64,000 nucleotides of DNA from Alphaproteobacteria bacterium (GCA_965232515.1 CBDDPY010000002.1:768001-832000), one strand, 5' to 3'; positions 11,548-21,064 are shown, numbered from the stretch's first letter. Numbers and translations: made by a program. Notes: generated by a model not told the origin, from the letters alone.

Positions 11548-12006
11548 GTGCCGGAACTGTCGTCGGAATTCCTGTTCGAGCTGCGCATCGAGCTCGAAGG
11601 TTCGCACATCGTCGGCCAGACGCCGATGGGCCTCAGGCGCATGGATTATTTCACCGGCGGTCATGTGAAGGGGCCGCGCGTCAATGGCGTGATCCTGCCC
11701 GGTGGATCCGATGTCCTGACGGGCCGGGCCGACGGTGCCATGCTGCCTGACGTGCGGCTGACGGTGGAGACCGACGACGGCGCGCTGATTTACGTGAACT
11801 ACCGTGGCATCCGCTGTGGGCCCGAGGATGTGATGGCGCGCATCGCCGCGGGCGAGGAGGTGCCGCCGGATTCGTATTACCTGCGCAACGCGCCGTTCTA
11901 TGAGACGGCCGACGAACGGTATGCCTGGCTGAACGAGATCCTGTCGGTCGGCGTCGGCCGACGGCTGCCGGGCGCGGCGGTCTACGACGTGTTCCGGATT
12001 CTCTGA
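11548..12006 (+). CDS. DUF3237 family protein
   Basis: TGGHVKGP..GVILPGGSD, LTVETDDGALIY, FYETADERYAWLN. Confidence 0.88.
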   Translation: MPELSSEFLFELRIELEGSHIVGQTPMGLRRMDYFTGGHVKGPRVNGVILPGGSDVLTGRADGAMLPDVRLTVETDDGALIYVNYRGIRCGPEDVMARIAAGEEVPPDSYYLRNAPFYETADERYAWLNEILSVGVGRRLPGAAVYDVFRIL

Positions 12007-12007
12007 C

Positions 12008-12871
12008 ATGGATGCGCCCGCCGGCATATCACCAGCGGAAATCGTGGCGCACATCGCCGCTGGCGGGCAGCGCTACACCTCGCCCTGCGGCGATGGCCAA
12101 ATGGTCTGGCACGTCTGGGGCGAGGGGCCGCCGCTGGTGCTGCTGCATGGCGGCTTTGGATCGTGGATGCATTGGATCCGCAACGTTTTGCCGCTCAGCC
12201 TGCACTACACGGTGATTGCCGCCGACCTGCCGGGGCTCGGGGATTCGGATGAAGCGCCGCATCCTTACACGGCCGAGAGCCTGGCCGAGATCGTCGCCGC
12301 CGGCATCGATGCCCGCGTGCCAGCGGGGCAGCACTATCACCTCGTCGGCTTTTCCTTCGGCGGCCTGCTGGGCGGTCATATCGCCGGCTTGCCGGGATCG
12401 CGGGCGGCCTCGCTGACACTGGTCGGCCCCGGCGGCCTGGGCCTGCGTCGCGGCCCGAACCCCGATTTACGCAACTGGCGGCGCGCCAAGACCGACGCCG
12501 AACGCGCGGTGATACAGCGCCACAATCTCGCCGCCTTCATGATCGCCGATCCGGCGCGGGTCGACGACCTGGCGGTGCACGTGCAGATCGAAAACACCCG
12601 GCGCGGCCGCACCAAGAGCCGGCCGATCGCAGTGACAGATACGCTGGCGCAGGCGTTGCCGCGCGTCACCGTACCGATCACCGGGATCTGGGGCGATCGG
12701 GACGTCACGGCTGCGCCCTATTTTGAGGAGCGGCAGGCACTGTTGCAGGCGGTACAGCCCGACAGTGTCTTCCATCTGATTGAGGGCGCCGGCCATTGGG
12801 TCCAATACGAAGCGGCCGAGCAGTTCAATGCCCTGCTGCTGTCGCGGCTGGAACAGATCCAACTGCACTGA
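12008..12871 (+). CDS. Alpha/beta fold hydrolase
   Basis: LLHGGFGSW, DLPGLGDS, GFSFGG nucleophile elbow, GAGHW. Confidence 0.92.
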   Translation: MDAPAGISPAEIVAHIAAGGQRYTSPCGDGQMVWHVWGEGPPLVLLHGGFGSWMHWIRNVLPLSLHYTVIAADLPGLGDSDEAPHPYTAESLAEIVAAGIDARVPAGQHYHLVGFSFGGLLGGHIAGLPGSRAASLTLVGPGGLGLRRGPNPDLRNWRRAKTDAERAVIQRHNLAAFMIADPARVDDLAVHVQIENTRRGRTKSRPIAVTDTLAQALPRVTVPITGIWGDRDVTAAPYFEERQALLQAVQPDSVFHLIEGAGHWVQYEAAEQFNALLLSRLEQIQLH

Positions 12872-12872
12872 G

Positions 12873-12911
12873 TGTCGGAGGAATTTACAAAACCCGTCGG
12901 TCAGCTTTACA
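12873..12911 (+). promoter_or_regulatory. Two tandem 17-bp enhancer-like boxes (PEP-CTERM box / PrsR-type sites)
   Basis: TGTCGGAGGAATTTACA (12873-12889) and CGTCGGTCAGCTTTACA (12895-12911), 22 bp apart, upstream of a sigma54 promoter and a PEP-CTERM gene. Confidence 0.7.
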
Positions 12912-12975
12912 GATCGACGGTCCGCTAGCGCCCGTCAGGAAGCCTATCTCGCAGAAGTCTGCGATTTAGGCGTTG

Positions 12976-12991
12976 TGGCACGATGGTTGCT
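12976..12991 (+). promoter_or_regulatory. Sigma54 (-24/-12) promoter
   Basis: TGGCACGATGGTTGCT is an exact TGGCAC-N5-TTGCW match, 50 nt before the ATG at 13042. Confidence 0.85.
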
Positions 12992-13041
12992 TGTTAATCA
13001 CTTGCAACAGCTGCTCGTACATTTCGACCGAGGGGCAAGCA

Positions 13042-13890
13042 ATGAAGAAATCATTGTGTCTGGTTGTGTGCCTGCTTTTCGCGCCGCTCTGCGCCAATGC
13101 AGGTCCTATGTACCTTCAGTTGACCGAGTCGGACCCGGGCGGTCCGAACAATGTCGTACTGAGCGTTTACGACAGCCTGGTCGATATGGTCAACTTCAAC
13201 GCCGCGAGCACGTTTTCGCTGGCCGGTCCTCCGGGTGCCGTCAGCGTCCGGGGACTGGCCTACGACGGCAGCCAATATCTTCTTTGGACCGAGTCGGACC
13301 CGGGTGGTCTGAACAATATCGTACTGACGACGTACGATAGCCTGGCCGATCTCGCGAGCCTCAACGCAGCAAGCAGCTTTTTCCCCCCCGGTCCTCCGGG
13401 TGCCGTCAGCGTCAGTGGACTGGCTTACGACGGCAGCCAATATCTTCTTTGGACCGAGTCGGACCCGGGCGGTCTGAACAATATCGTACTGACGACGTAC
13501 GATAGCCTGGCCGATCTCGCGAGCCTCAACGCCGCAAGCAGCTTTTTCCCCGCCGGTCCTCCGAGTGCCGTCAGCGTCAGGGGATTGGCCTACGACGGCA
13601 GCCAATATCTTCTTTGGACCGAGTCGGACCCGGGCGGTCTGAACAATGTCGTACTGACGACGTACGATAGCCTGGCCGATCTCGCGAGCCTCAATTCGGC
13701 AGGCAGCTTTTTTCCCGGCGGGCTTGACCCGGCGGTCAGCGTCAGCGGTATTACGTTCGTGCCGGAACAGGCCGTCGACGTGCCGGAACCCTGGACTCTG
13801 CCGCTGTTTGGCCTGAGCCTCATCGGCTTTGCGCTTTTGCGGAGTCGACGAATGGTGCCGACCCGCGTGCGCCCTGTGGCGATCACATAG
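13042..13890 (+). CDS. Secreted PEP-CTERM protein with four 55-aa tandem repeats
   Basis: Signal peptide MKKSLCLVVCLLFAPLCANA; C-terminal VPEP-WTLPLFGLSLIGFALL-RSRR sorting signal; GAGGGG SD. Confidence 0.88.
   Translation: MKKSLCLVVCLLFAPLCANAGPMYLQLTESDPGGPNNVVLSVYDSLVDMVNFNAASTFSLAGPPGAVSVRGLAYDGSQYLLWTESDPGGLNNIVLTTYDSLADLASLNAASSFFPPGPPGAVSVSGLAYDGSQYLLWTESDPGGLNNIVLTTYDSLADLASLNAASSFFPAGPPSAVSVRGLAYDGSQYLLWTESDPGGLNNVVLTTYDSLADLASLNSAGSFFPGGLDPAVSVSGITFVPEQAVDVPEPWTLPLFGLSLIGFALLRSRRMVPTRVRPVAIT
13123..13760 (+). repeat. Intragenic 165-bp tandem repeat, about 4 copies
   Basis: ACCGAGTCGGACCCGGG recurs at 13123, 13288, 13453 and 13618; copies 2 and 3 and most of copy 4 are nearly identical at DNA level. 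Confidence 0.95.
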
Positions 13891-14055
13891 ACACATCGGC
13901 TGTTCGACGCCGTCGCCTGGCACGAAGAAGCTGAAGAACGGCCGGACCTGGAACTGTCATTGTCGATTCCGATCAATGCCGGCCCTTCGTTCCGTCCACT
14001 TGCAGCCACATCTGTCGGAGCAACGTCGTTCTGACCGATAGAGGAGTATTGCGAG

Positions 14056-14400
14056 ATGCGTTTTTTGGCGATCGCGACAACGGCATTCATGGCATTTGCC
14101 GTAGCCGCGCCCACGGGCCTGGCGAAGACGATTACGAAGATCGACGATATCGAGCGGGGCGCCAGCGTGACGCTGGAAGGCGAGGTGACCCGCATCCTCG
14201 ATGATGACGAGTTTCGACTGCAAGACGATACCGGCAGCGTGCGCATCTACATCGGCTGGCGTAATCGGGTCATGGTCGACGTCGGCGAAACCGTGACCGT
14301 CAAGGGCTTTGTCGACGATGATCTGGTCAGCTATTTCCGGCCCGAGATTTATGCCCAGGAGATCGTGCGCGAGGACGGCAGCACGGTCAGCCTGCGCTGA
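14056..14400 (+). CDS. Periplasmic OB-fold protein (YgiW/YdeI BOF-like)
   Basis: Signal peptide; VTLEGEVTRILDDDEFRLQDDTGSVRIYIG..VTVKGFVD; GAGGAG SD. Confidence 0.8.
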   Translation: MRFLAIATTAFMAFAVAAPTGLAKTITKIDDIERGASVTLEGEVTRILDDDEFRLQDDTGSVRIYIGWRNRVMVDVGETVTVKGFVDDDLVSYFRPEIYAQEIVREDGSTVSLR

Positions 14401-14431
14401 CCCGAAGGCGCGGCGACCTCGCTCGAATTTC

Positions 14432-16276
14432 TCAGGTGTCGTCACGCACCGCCGTGCGGCATAGATAGGCGGGACGCGGCGCGTTCGACAACGGTTCGAA
14501 TTCGACCAGAGCCGGTTCGCTCGCGGTTTGCGCGGCGAGCACGTCGCGCGTGACCGCGATGACCACCGGCTGAGCCGGGTGGACCCCGCGCAGCGCGGCC
14601 TCGGTGCGCTCGGCAACATTCACCGTGTCGCCCACCAGCGTGTAGTTGATGCGTCCGGGAAAGCCGATGTTGCCGACGATGGCCGGGCCCGTGTGCAGGC
14701 CGATGCGCATGCGTGGCGCGTCGGGATGGGTCTTGGCGCGCCGCTCGAGCAGGCGGGCGACGTCGGCGGCGGCGCGGCAGGCCCGGTCGACATGGTCGGG
14801 TTGCAGGTCGGGCGCGCCCCAGAAGGCCAGTAGGCCGTCACCGGTGTATTTGTCGATGACGCCGCCATGGGCTTCGAGCGCCGGGCCGACCAGGCCGAAG
14901 ACATCGTTCAGGTGGTCCGCGACCTCGCCGGCGTCGCGGCCGCGGGAGAAGGCGGTGAAGCCCTCGAGATCCATGAACAGCACGGTGATATGGCGTTCTT
15001 CAGACGCCGGGCTCTTGTCCGACGCGTTGAACAGGCGGCGAACGAGCGCGCGGGGCAGATAGGTCTGGAAGGCCGAGAGCGCCTGCGCCGTGCCTTCCAG
15101 CCGTCGGGCCATGGTGCGCCATTCCCGCACCCGGCTGCCGACCAGGCCGGGCAGCGCGACCTGGTCGAATTCCAGCCGCGCGATCCGGCCGAGCGCGGTG
15201 TCGAAGACCAGGGCCGGCCGACTGAGCGTGCGGCCCAGGCGCCAGGCGAGGCCGGCGGCCAGCAGCATCAGCAGCAGGCCGACGCCGGCGGTGAATGTCG
15301 GCGCCCAGCGCTCGCGGCGGGTGTCGGCGGCCGGGATCGCCACGGCGACGATCAGCGGATCGGGGCCATAACCCGCGAGCTCGCGGTAGTAATAGGCGTA
15401 GGCCTCGTCGTCGATCCAGCTCCAGTGCCCCTGGCTGCGCGACAATTCGCCGGTCTGCGTCAGCGGCCGGGGATCGTCCCAGATGCGCGAAATGACGATG
15501 TCGTCGACGCTGGAAAGACGCGGCAGATCGGTCGAGGTGATCTCGGTGTCGGGCGCGCGACTGCTCGGATGGGTGATGACGCGGTCGCGGCCGACCAGGA
15601 CAAAGGCGGTGACGCGGAACAGGCGCGAGACCTCGGCGACGTAACGGGACAGGCCTTCGCTGGTAACGCCGGTGGTGATGACGCCGAGAAAATCACCGGT
15701 GCGTTCCAGGGCGACACGGTAATTCAGAATCGTGTCGCCGAGTGCGATGCTGACGAACGGCGGCGCCCAATAGGCCGTACGGCCGTTGCGCGCGGCTTCG
15801 ACGGCCTCGCCGGCGAACGGCAAGCGTTCGGGCGGCTCGACGACATCGAGGAAGCTGTCGCGCTCCCAGCGGCGCATGGTCAGGTCCTCGCGCACATGGC
15901 CGATGCCGAACACCTGCGGCGTGCCGGCCAGCAGGCCGCGCGCGAAGGTGCCGAGCTGATCGGCGTCGCGCGGGTCGATGTGGCCGTTCAGGACGGCCAC
16001 CCGGGCATGGTTCAACTGCGCCACGACGGGATCGAGCAGCCCGCGGATCTCGCCCTCGAGGCCGTCGAGGATCAATTCCGCGCGCTCGCTGAGCAGCCGT
16101 TGCGAGGTGTCGGTCGCGATCAGATAGCCGATGACGATAATCGGTGTCACGGCGAGAACGACAAGCACTGCCAGTGACGCCGGCAGCAGCGTATTCAGGG
16201 ACATCTGCCAGGCGGAAGACCGGTTCGGTCCGTCGTCGGGTTGTTGCGGCACGTGGGCGGCCCCTGTCGGATGCAT
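14432..16276 (-). CDS. Membrane-anchored adenylate/guanylate cyclase (paralog of 3966-5900)
   Basis: Two TM segments; VLFMDLEGFT, IDKYTGDG, FWGAP, NYTLVGDTVNVAER; start uncertain. Confidence 0.9.
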   Translation of the reverse strand: MHPTGAAHVPQQPDDGPNRSSAWQMSLNTLLPASLAVLVVLAVTPIIVIGYLIATDTSQRLLSERAELILDGLEGEIRGLLDPVVAQLNHARVAVLNGHIDPRDADQLGTFARGLLAGTPQVFGIGHVREDLTMRRWERDSFLDVVEPPERLPFAGEAVEAARNGRTAYWAPPFVSIALGDTILNYRVALERTGDFLGVITTGVTSEGLSRYVAEVSRLFRVTAFVLVGRDRVITHPSSRAPDTEITSTDLPRLSSVDDIVISRIWDDPRPLTQTGELSRSQGHWSWIDDEAYAYYYRELAGYGPDPLIVAVAIPAADTRRERWAPTFTAGVGLLLMLLAAGLAWRLGRTLSRPALVFDTALGRIARLEFDQVALPGLVGSRVREWRTMARRLEGTAQALSAFQTYLPRALVRRLFNASDKSPASEERHITVLFMDLEGFTAFSRGRDAGEVADHLNDVFGLVGPALEAHGGVIDKYTGDGLLAFWGAPDLQPDHVDRACRAAADVARLLERRAKTHPDAPRMRIGLHTGPAIVGNIGFPGRINYTLVGDTVNVAERTEAALRGVHPAQPVVIAVTRDVLAAQTASEPALVEFEPLSNAPRPAYLCRTAVRDDT

Positions 16277-16347
16277 CGACGCGTCAGCTCATGGATCTAG
16301 ATAGGCGGAATATCCGCGTCTCCAAATCATTGACGGCGGCGCGTGCG

Positions 16348-17424
16348 TCAGGTCAGGCAGGCCGGATCGAAGGCATAGTCGCCGCGGAGCCAGCCGAGCA
16401 CCTCGTCCGCATGGGCGTTGCCGCGGAATTTGCCGTAGCGCTGTGCGATGGAATGGCGGTCGTCGGCCTGCAGGTTTTCGAGGCCGGTTTTTTGAAACAG
16501 CGCGATATCGGCCATAAGCAGCGCCCCGAGATCGGCGCCGCATTCTTCGCGGCAGGCCTCGGCGAACGACGCGTCGGGGGCGTAGGCATTGCCCTGGCGG
16601 TAGCTGTCGGCGAGGCTGCGAAGCGGGATGCGCGACAGCCAGGCCTGGTTCATGGGGTTCACGGCATGACCGGCCAGCCGTTGCCGCAGCGCCGCCGGGC
16701 GGTCACGAAAGGGTCCGATGTGCAGGAACGGCGCCATCGCCGCGCCGTCGTTGACCGGGTAGTTGTCCCAGAGGAACGGCTTGCGGCGCAGCAGGGTGGC
16801 GACCTCGTCGAGGTGTGTCGGCGGATAGGAGCGGGAACAAACCTTCGGTCCGGTCCAGAAGATGTCGATGGCTGGATCGAGCAGCCGGCCGAGCTCGACG
16901 AGATAGCCTTCGGGCATGGGACCGAAGACCTTCTCGAGCACCGGATCGAAGCTGTAATAGGTCGGACAAACGATAATCTTGGCCGCCGTGCAGACGGCGC
17001 AGATATCGCCCACGATGCGCAATTGTCGTTCCGCGAGCGCCGGCGTGTCGCCGCGCATATCGTCGAACAGGATGCAGAGGATGTCAGGGTTGGCATCGTT
17101 AAGCTGCCGGACCTTCGTCTGCAGCATCGATCGCTCGTCGTCGCCATATTCCAGATGAAGCTCGAACGGGCTGAGGCCGATGCCGAAGCGCACATCCCGG
17201 TCGCGGTAGGTCTCGGCCAGTGAACCGACCCGCGCCGCGATCTCGTCGGGCCAGGGCTCGCGCCACCGCTGTCGCAGATATCGGTCGTCCTTGGGCGCGT
17301 AGATGTAGAAATCGAAGCCGAGACGACAAAGGAAATCCGCGTAGGCGGCGCGGTCTTGCCAGGGCCACGGACGGCCGAAGAAACCCTCGATTACACCGAC
17401 CGGAATGTCGTCGGTGGGGTTCAC
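16348..17424 (-). CDS. GH84 beta-N-acetylglucosaminidase (O-GlcNAcase/hyaluronidase family) catalytic domain
   Basis: GVIEGFFGRPW, YIYAPKDD, catalytic LFDDM, CPTYY, FWTGPKV, LWDNYPVND, NPMNQ; GTG start overlaps the upstream stop; no signal peptide. Confidence 0.88.
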   Translation of the reverse strand: MNPTDDIPVGVIEGFFGRPWPWQDRAAYADFLCRLGFDFYIYAPKDDRYLRQRWREPWPDEIAARVGSLAETYRDRDVRFGIGLSPFELHLEYGDDERSMLQTKVRQLNDANPDILCILFDDMRGDTPALAERQLRIVGDICAVCTAAKIIVCPTYYSFDPVLEKVFGPMPEGYLVELGRLLDPAIDIFWTGPKVCSRSYPPTHLDEVATLLRRKPFLWDNYPVNDGAAMAPFLHIGPFRDRPAALRQRLAGHAVNPMNQAWLSRIPLRSLADSYRQGNAYAPDASFAEACREECGADLGALLMADIALFQKTGLENLQADDRHSIAQRYGKFRGNAHADEVLGWLRGDYAFDPACLT

Positions 17425-17615
17425 GTGTTGTCGTCGGAGCTGAGACTCCCGCCATTGCCGCGGAAGACCGTGCGGTAGAAGTCGAAGGCCGCCATGGCGA
17501 TGACGATGACGACGACGGTCGCCAGGTCCGCCTCGGTCACGAAATAGACGATGATGCCGAGGAAAGCGATGAACACCGCGAGCGAAAAGGCGGCGAGGAT
17601 GCGGTCGACGGTCAT
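17421..17615 (-). CDS. Small two-TM membrane protein
   Basis: MTVDRILAAFSLAVFIAFLGIIVYFV..DLATVVVIVIAMAAFDFY; 4-nt overlaps with both neighbours. Confidence 0.78.
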   Translation of the reverse strand: MTVDRILAAFSLAVFIAFLGIIVYFVTEADLATVVVIVIAMAAFDFYRTVFRGNGGSLSSDDNT

Positions 17616-18967
17616 GCCGCGGGGCTTCCGGTCCGTGCCAGATGTGCATCGAGCCAACGGGCCGTGCGCAGCAGGCGGGCGTCGTCACCCCGGCGGCCGA
17701 CCAGTTGCGCACCCATGGGCAGGCCATTTTGCGCCGTCAGCAGCGGCAGCGTCACGGCAGGCGTGCCGCAGAAGGTCCACAGGCTGTTGAAGGCGGGATC
17801 GCCCGTGTTGTCGAGGCCACGTGGTGCGGGCCCGACGGCGGCCGGTGTCAGGATCGCGTCGAAGCGGTCGAAAATCTCGTCGAGTGCGGCATTGAGGATG
17901 CCTGGCCAGTCACGGGACGCCAGATAGTCGCGCGCCGGGATTTGTTTGGCCTCGTCCAGCAGGCCCTGCATTGCCGGACTGAGCCGCTCGCGTCCGCGTT
18001 TTTCGTAGGCGTAATAGCACTTGCCCATCTCGGCAATGAAGGTGAACCGGTGCTGCGCCAGGGCCTCGGCGAAGGGCGCTGGCAGGTCGACCGCCGCGCA
18101 ACGGTCGCCGAGGGTTTCGCAAAGCTCGGCGAACGCGTCGTGGGTGTCTGGATCGGCCGTGTCCCAGGCCGGTTGCCGCACAAACGCCAGCGACAGCGGC
18201 ACCGGCGGCGCGGTGCCGGCAATCTCCAGCAGGCGCGGCGGCGGCCGAACCCCGGTGGCGGGATCGTCCGGATCGTGGCCGAACATGGCTTCCGCCAGCA
18301 AGGCCGCGCCGGCGACGTCGCGCGCGAAGACGCCGATGGTGTCGAGGCTGGGCGACTGCATCAGCACGCCGGTACGCGGGATGGCGCCGAAGCTGGGCTT
18401 GTAGCCGACGACGCCGCAGAAGGCGGCCGGGCGGATCACCGAGCCGGCGGTCTGGGTGCCGATCGCCAACGGCAGCATGTGGTCGGCGACGGCGGCGGCC
18501 GAACCCGACGATGAACCGCCGGGGGTGTGTTCGGGATCGTCCGGGTTGCGCGTGCGGCCCGGCGCGCGGTTGGCGAGCTCGGTGGTGACGGTCTTGCCCA
18601 TGATCAGCGCGCCGGCCTGTTTCAGGCGCGTGACGAGAACCGCGTCGCGGTCCGGTACCCGGCCGGCGTCGAGCACGGTGCCGTTTTCCGTGCCCATGCC
18701 GTCGGTGTCGATGATGTCTTTGATGCCGACGGGCAGGCCGTGCAGCGGGCCGATGGCCCGGCCGCCGGCGCGGTGGGCGTCGAGCGCTTCAGCCTGCCGA
18801 ATGACGTGCTCGGAGTCGAGCCAGGCCCAGGCCCGGACCTCGGGCTCGCGCGCCTCGATACGGGCCAGGCAGGCGCGCGCCAGCTCGACGGCGCGCAATG
18901 CGCCATCCGCCATGCGGTCGCGCAGCTCGACCGCGCTCAGTTGCAGGATCGGGTCTATCGACGACAT
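17612..18967 (-). CDS. Amidase signature family protein
   Basis: GLPVGIKD, GKTVTTE, TPGGSSSGSAAAV, GTQTAGSVIRPA. Confidence 0.93.
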   Translation of the reverse strand: MSSIDPILQLSAVELRDRMADGALRAVELARACLARIEAREPEVRAWAWLDSEHVIRQAEALDAHRAGGRAIGPLHGLPVGIKDIIDTDGMGTENGTVLDAGRVPDRDAVLVTRLKQAGALIMGKTVTTELANRAPGRTRNPDDPEHTPGGSSSGSAAAVADHMLPLAIGTQTAGSVIRPAAFCGVVGYKPSFGAIPRTGVLMQSPSLDTIGVFARDVAGAALLAEAMFGHDPDDPATGVRPPPRLLEIAGTAPPVPLSLAFVRQPAWDTADPDTHDAFAELCETLGDRCAAVDLPAPFAEALAQHRFTFIAEMGKCYYAYEKRGRERLSPAMQGLLDEAKQIPARDYLASRDWPGILNAALDEIFDRFDAILTPAAVGPAPRGLDNTGDPAFNSLWTFCGTPAVTLPLLTAQNGLPMGAQLVGRRGDDARLLRTARWLDAHLARTGSPAA

Positions 18968-18970
18968 CCG

Positions 18971-20392
18971 TCAGCGCCCGTAGATCTGGGTCGGCAGCCA
19001 GAAGGCGATGTTCGGGTAGATGTAGAGCAAGGCCATTGAGACGAACACCATGATGAGAAACGGCATGCAGCCCTTGAAGATTTGCACGAGCTGCACGTAG
19101 GGCGGGGCGATTCCTTTCAGATAATAGGCCGACATGGCCATCGGCGGGGTCAGAAACGACGTTTGCAGGTTGAGCGCCACCAGGATGCCGAAGAACAGCG
19201 GATCGATGCCGAAGAACGGCAGCAGCGGCAGGAAGATCGGCACGAAGATGATGATGATCTCGGACCATTCGAGCGGCCAGCCGAGCAGGAAGATGATCAG
19301 CTGGGCCAGCAGCAGGAAGGTCAGCGGCGAGATGTCGAGGCCGGTGACGAACTCGCTGATGATCTGCTCGCCACCGAGATAGGAGAACACCGACGAGAAG
19401 GTCCAGGAGCCGACGAACAGCCAGCAGACCATGGCGGTCGTGCGCACGGTCAAATAGACCGACTCGCGCAGCCGCTGCCAGGTCAGCGCCCGGTAAGAGA
19501 CGGCCAGCAGCAGGCCGCCGAGCGCACCGACGGCCGCGGCCTCGGACGGCGTCGCGAGGCCGAAAAGGATGGCGCCGAGCACGGCCATGATCAGGAACGC
19601 CAATGGGAAGAACGAGGTCAGCAGCAGCAAGGCCAGACGGCCGACGGGGACGTCTTCGATGTCCTCGTCCCGAGGCTTCGGCGCGATCGAGGGCTGCAGC
19701 CAGGACCGGGCGATGATGTAGACCAGATAGAGCCCGGCCAGCAGGAATCCCGGCAGCAAGGCGCCGGCATATAGCCGGACAATGGAAACGCCCGACGCCG
19801 CAGCATAGACGATCAACATGATCGAGGGCGGGATCAGGATGCCGAGCGTGCCGCCGGCGCAGATGACGCCCGAGGCGAAGCTGTTGTCGTAGCGCGCCTT
19901 CAGCATGGCCGGCAGCGCCAGCAGGCCCATCAGCGTGACGACGGCGCCGACGATGCCGGTCGCGGTGGCGAACAGCGCGCAGGTGATCAGCGCCGCCACG
20001 GCCATGGAGCCGGGCAGGCGGCGGGCGGCGATGCTGAGGGTCTGGAACAGCCGGTCGACGATGTTGGCGCGCTCGACCACATAGCCCATGAACAGGAACA
20101 GCGGCACCGCCGTCAGCACCTCGTTCGCCATCACCGAATAGGTCTGGTTTATGAACAGGTCGAAGACGCGGTTGTTGAACAGCCCCTCGATCCAGGTCTG
20201 CACCAGCGTCAGCGTGTCGGCCTCGTCCCTGACGGCGCGGTTGTAGGACCGCCACATGCGCGCGGCGTCGAAGTAGGCGAAATAGCCGAAGCCGATGCCC
20301 ATGGCCATCAGCGTGAAGGCGATGGGAAAGCCGAGCAGGATGACGAACAGGAAGATGCCCAGCATGAACAGGGCGACTTGCGGATCGGTCAT
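18971..20392 (-). CDS. TRAP transporter large permease (DctM family)
   Basis: AVPLFLFMG, GGTLGILIPPS, ATPSEAAAVG, FLTPP; many TM segments. Confidence 0.94.
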   Translation of the reverse strand: MTDPQVALFMLGIFLFVILLGFPIAFTLMAMGIGFGYFAYFDAARMWRSYNRAVRDEADTLTLVQTWIEGLFNNRVFDLFINQTYSVMANEVLTAVPLFLFMGYVVERANIVDRLFQTLSIAARRLPGSMAVAALITCALFATATGIVGAVVTLMGLLALPAMLKARYDNSFASGVICAGGTLGILIPPSIMLIVYAAASGVSIVRLYAGALLPGFLLAGLYLVYIIARSWLQPSIAPKPRDEDIEDVPVGRLALLLLTSFFPLAFLIMAVLGAILFGLATPSEAAAVGALGGLLLAVSYRALTWQRLRESVYLTVRTTAMVCWLFVGSWTFSSVFSYLGGEQIISEFVTGLDISPLTFLLLAQLIIFLLGWPLEWSEIIIIFVPIFLPLLPFFGIDPLFFGILVALNLQTSFLTPPMAMSAYYLKGIAPPYVQLVQIFKGCMPFLIMVFVSMALLYIYPNIAFWLPTQIYGR

Positions 20393-21039
20393 GGGGCGGG
20401 CCCGTCCCGGTCAGGCCGTCGATCGCGGTCGACCGGCGTGACGACATCGATCGCCTCCGAGCCATGGCGCAACGCGTCTGTCTCGGCCCCGTGCGCGAGG
20501 GCAACCTCGGTTTCCAGGACGTCCTCGGCGGCGCGCATCCATTGCCCCGTCCTGATGCAGAGGATGCAGCGGCAGACCTGGGCCATGCCCTGAATGAAGA
20601 GCAGAATGCCGGCGGCGACGATGACGGACTTGAACTGGAAGACCGGCACGCCGGCCGGACTGTTGACGCTGACCTCCATATAACCCCATGACCGGCTGGC
20701 GTATTTCCAACCCGACAAGACCAGCGCCGTGACGCCGGGGAAGAAGAACAGAAAATAGAGCACCAACTCGATCCGGGCCTGAACCCGCGGCGGCCACAGG
20801 CGGTAGAGGAAATCGCCGCGCACATGGCCGTCGCGCGACAGCGTATAGGCGCCCGCCATCATGAACAGTGTGCCGTACATGATGAACGAGACGTCGAGCG
20901 CCCAACTGGTCGGGGCGTTCAGGACGTAGCGCACGAAGACCTCGTAGCCGACGCCGAACGCCATCACCAGGATCAGCCAGGCGAAGGCCCGCCCGAACCA
21001 GGCGGAAACCTGGTCGGCGAACGTGATGAAGCGGATCAT
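20389..21039 (-). CDS. TRAP transporter small permease (DctQ family)
   Basis: YEVFVRYVLNAPTSW, GHVRGD; four TM segments. Confidence 0.92.
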   Translation of the reverse strand: MIRFITFADQVSAWFGRAFAWLILVMAFGVGYEVFVRYVLNAPTSWALDVSFIMYGTLFMMAGAYTLSRDGHVRGDFLYRLWPPRVQARIELVLYFLFFFPGVTALVLSGWKYASRSWGYMEVSVNSPAGVPVFQFKSVIVAAGILLFIQGMAQVCRCILCIRTGQWMRAAEDVLETEVALAHGAETDALRHGSEAIDVVTPVDRDRRPDRDGPAP

Positions 21040-21064
21040 CGAGGATCCCTATTCAAGGATGGCG

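Noticed and set aside
13123-13760. Tandem repeats as a CRISPR array or DGR template/variable pair
   Set aside because: Units are contiguous in-frame 165-bp coding repeats without unique spacers; no cas or reverse transcriptase gene; differences are not adenine-specific
13891-14035. Possible gene remnant (LFDAVAWHEEAEERPDLELSLSIPINAG..) after the PEP-CTERM gene
   Set aside because: No start or SD and no recognisable family; cannot be supported without a search
16348-17727. 459-aa ORF as one protein
   Set aside because: The first 100 aa overlap the amidase end and the small membrane gene in other frames; GH84 similarity begins at GTG 17424
18789-20825. Long alternative-frame and antisense ORFs (also 49543-51471, 29558-31096, 40794-42101 and many others)
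   Set aside because: Arg/Ala/Pro-rich shadow ORFs typical of high-GC DNA, overlapping genes with clear family motifs
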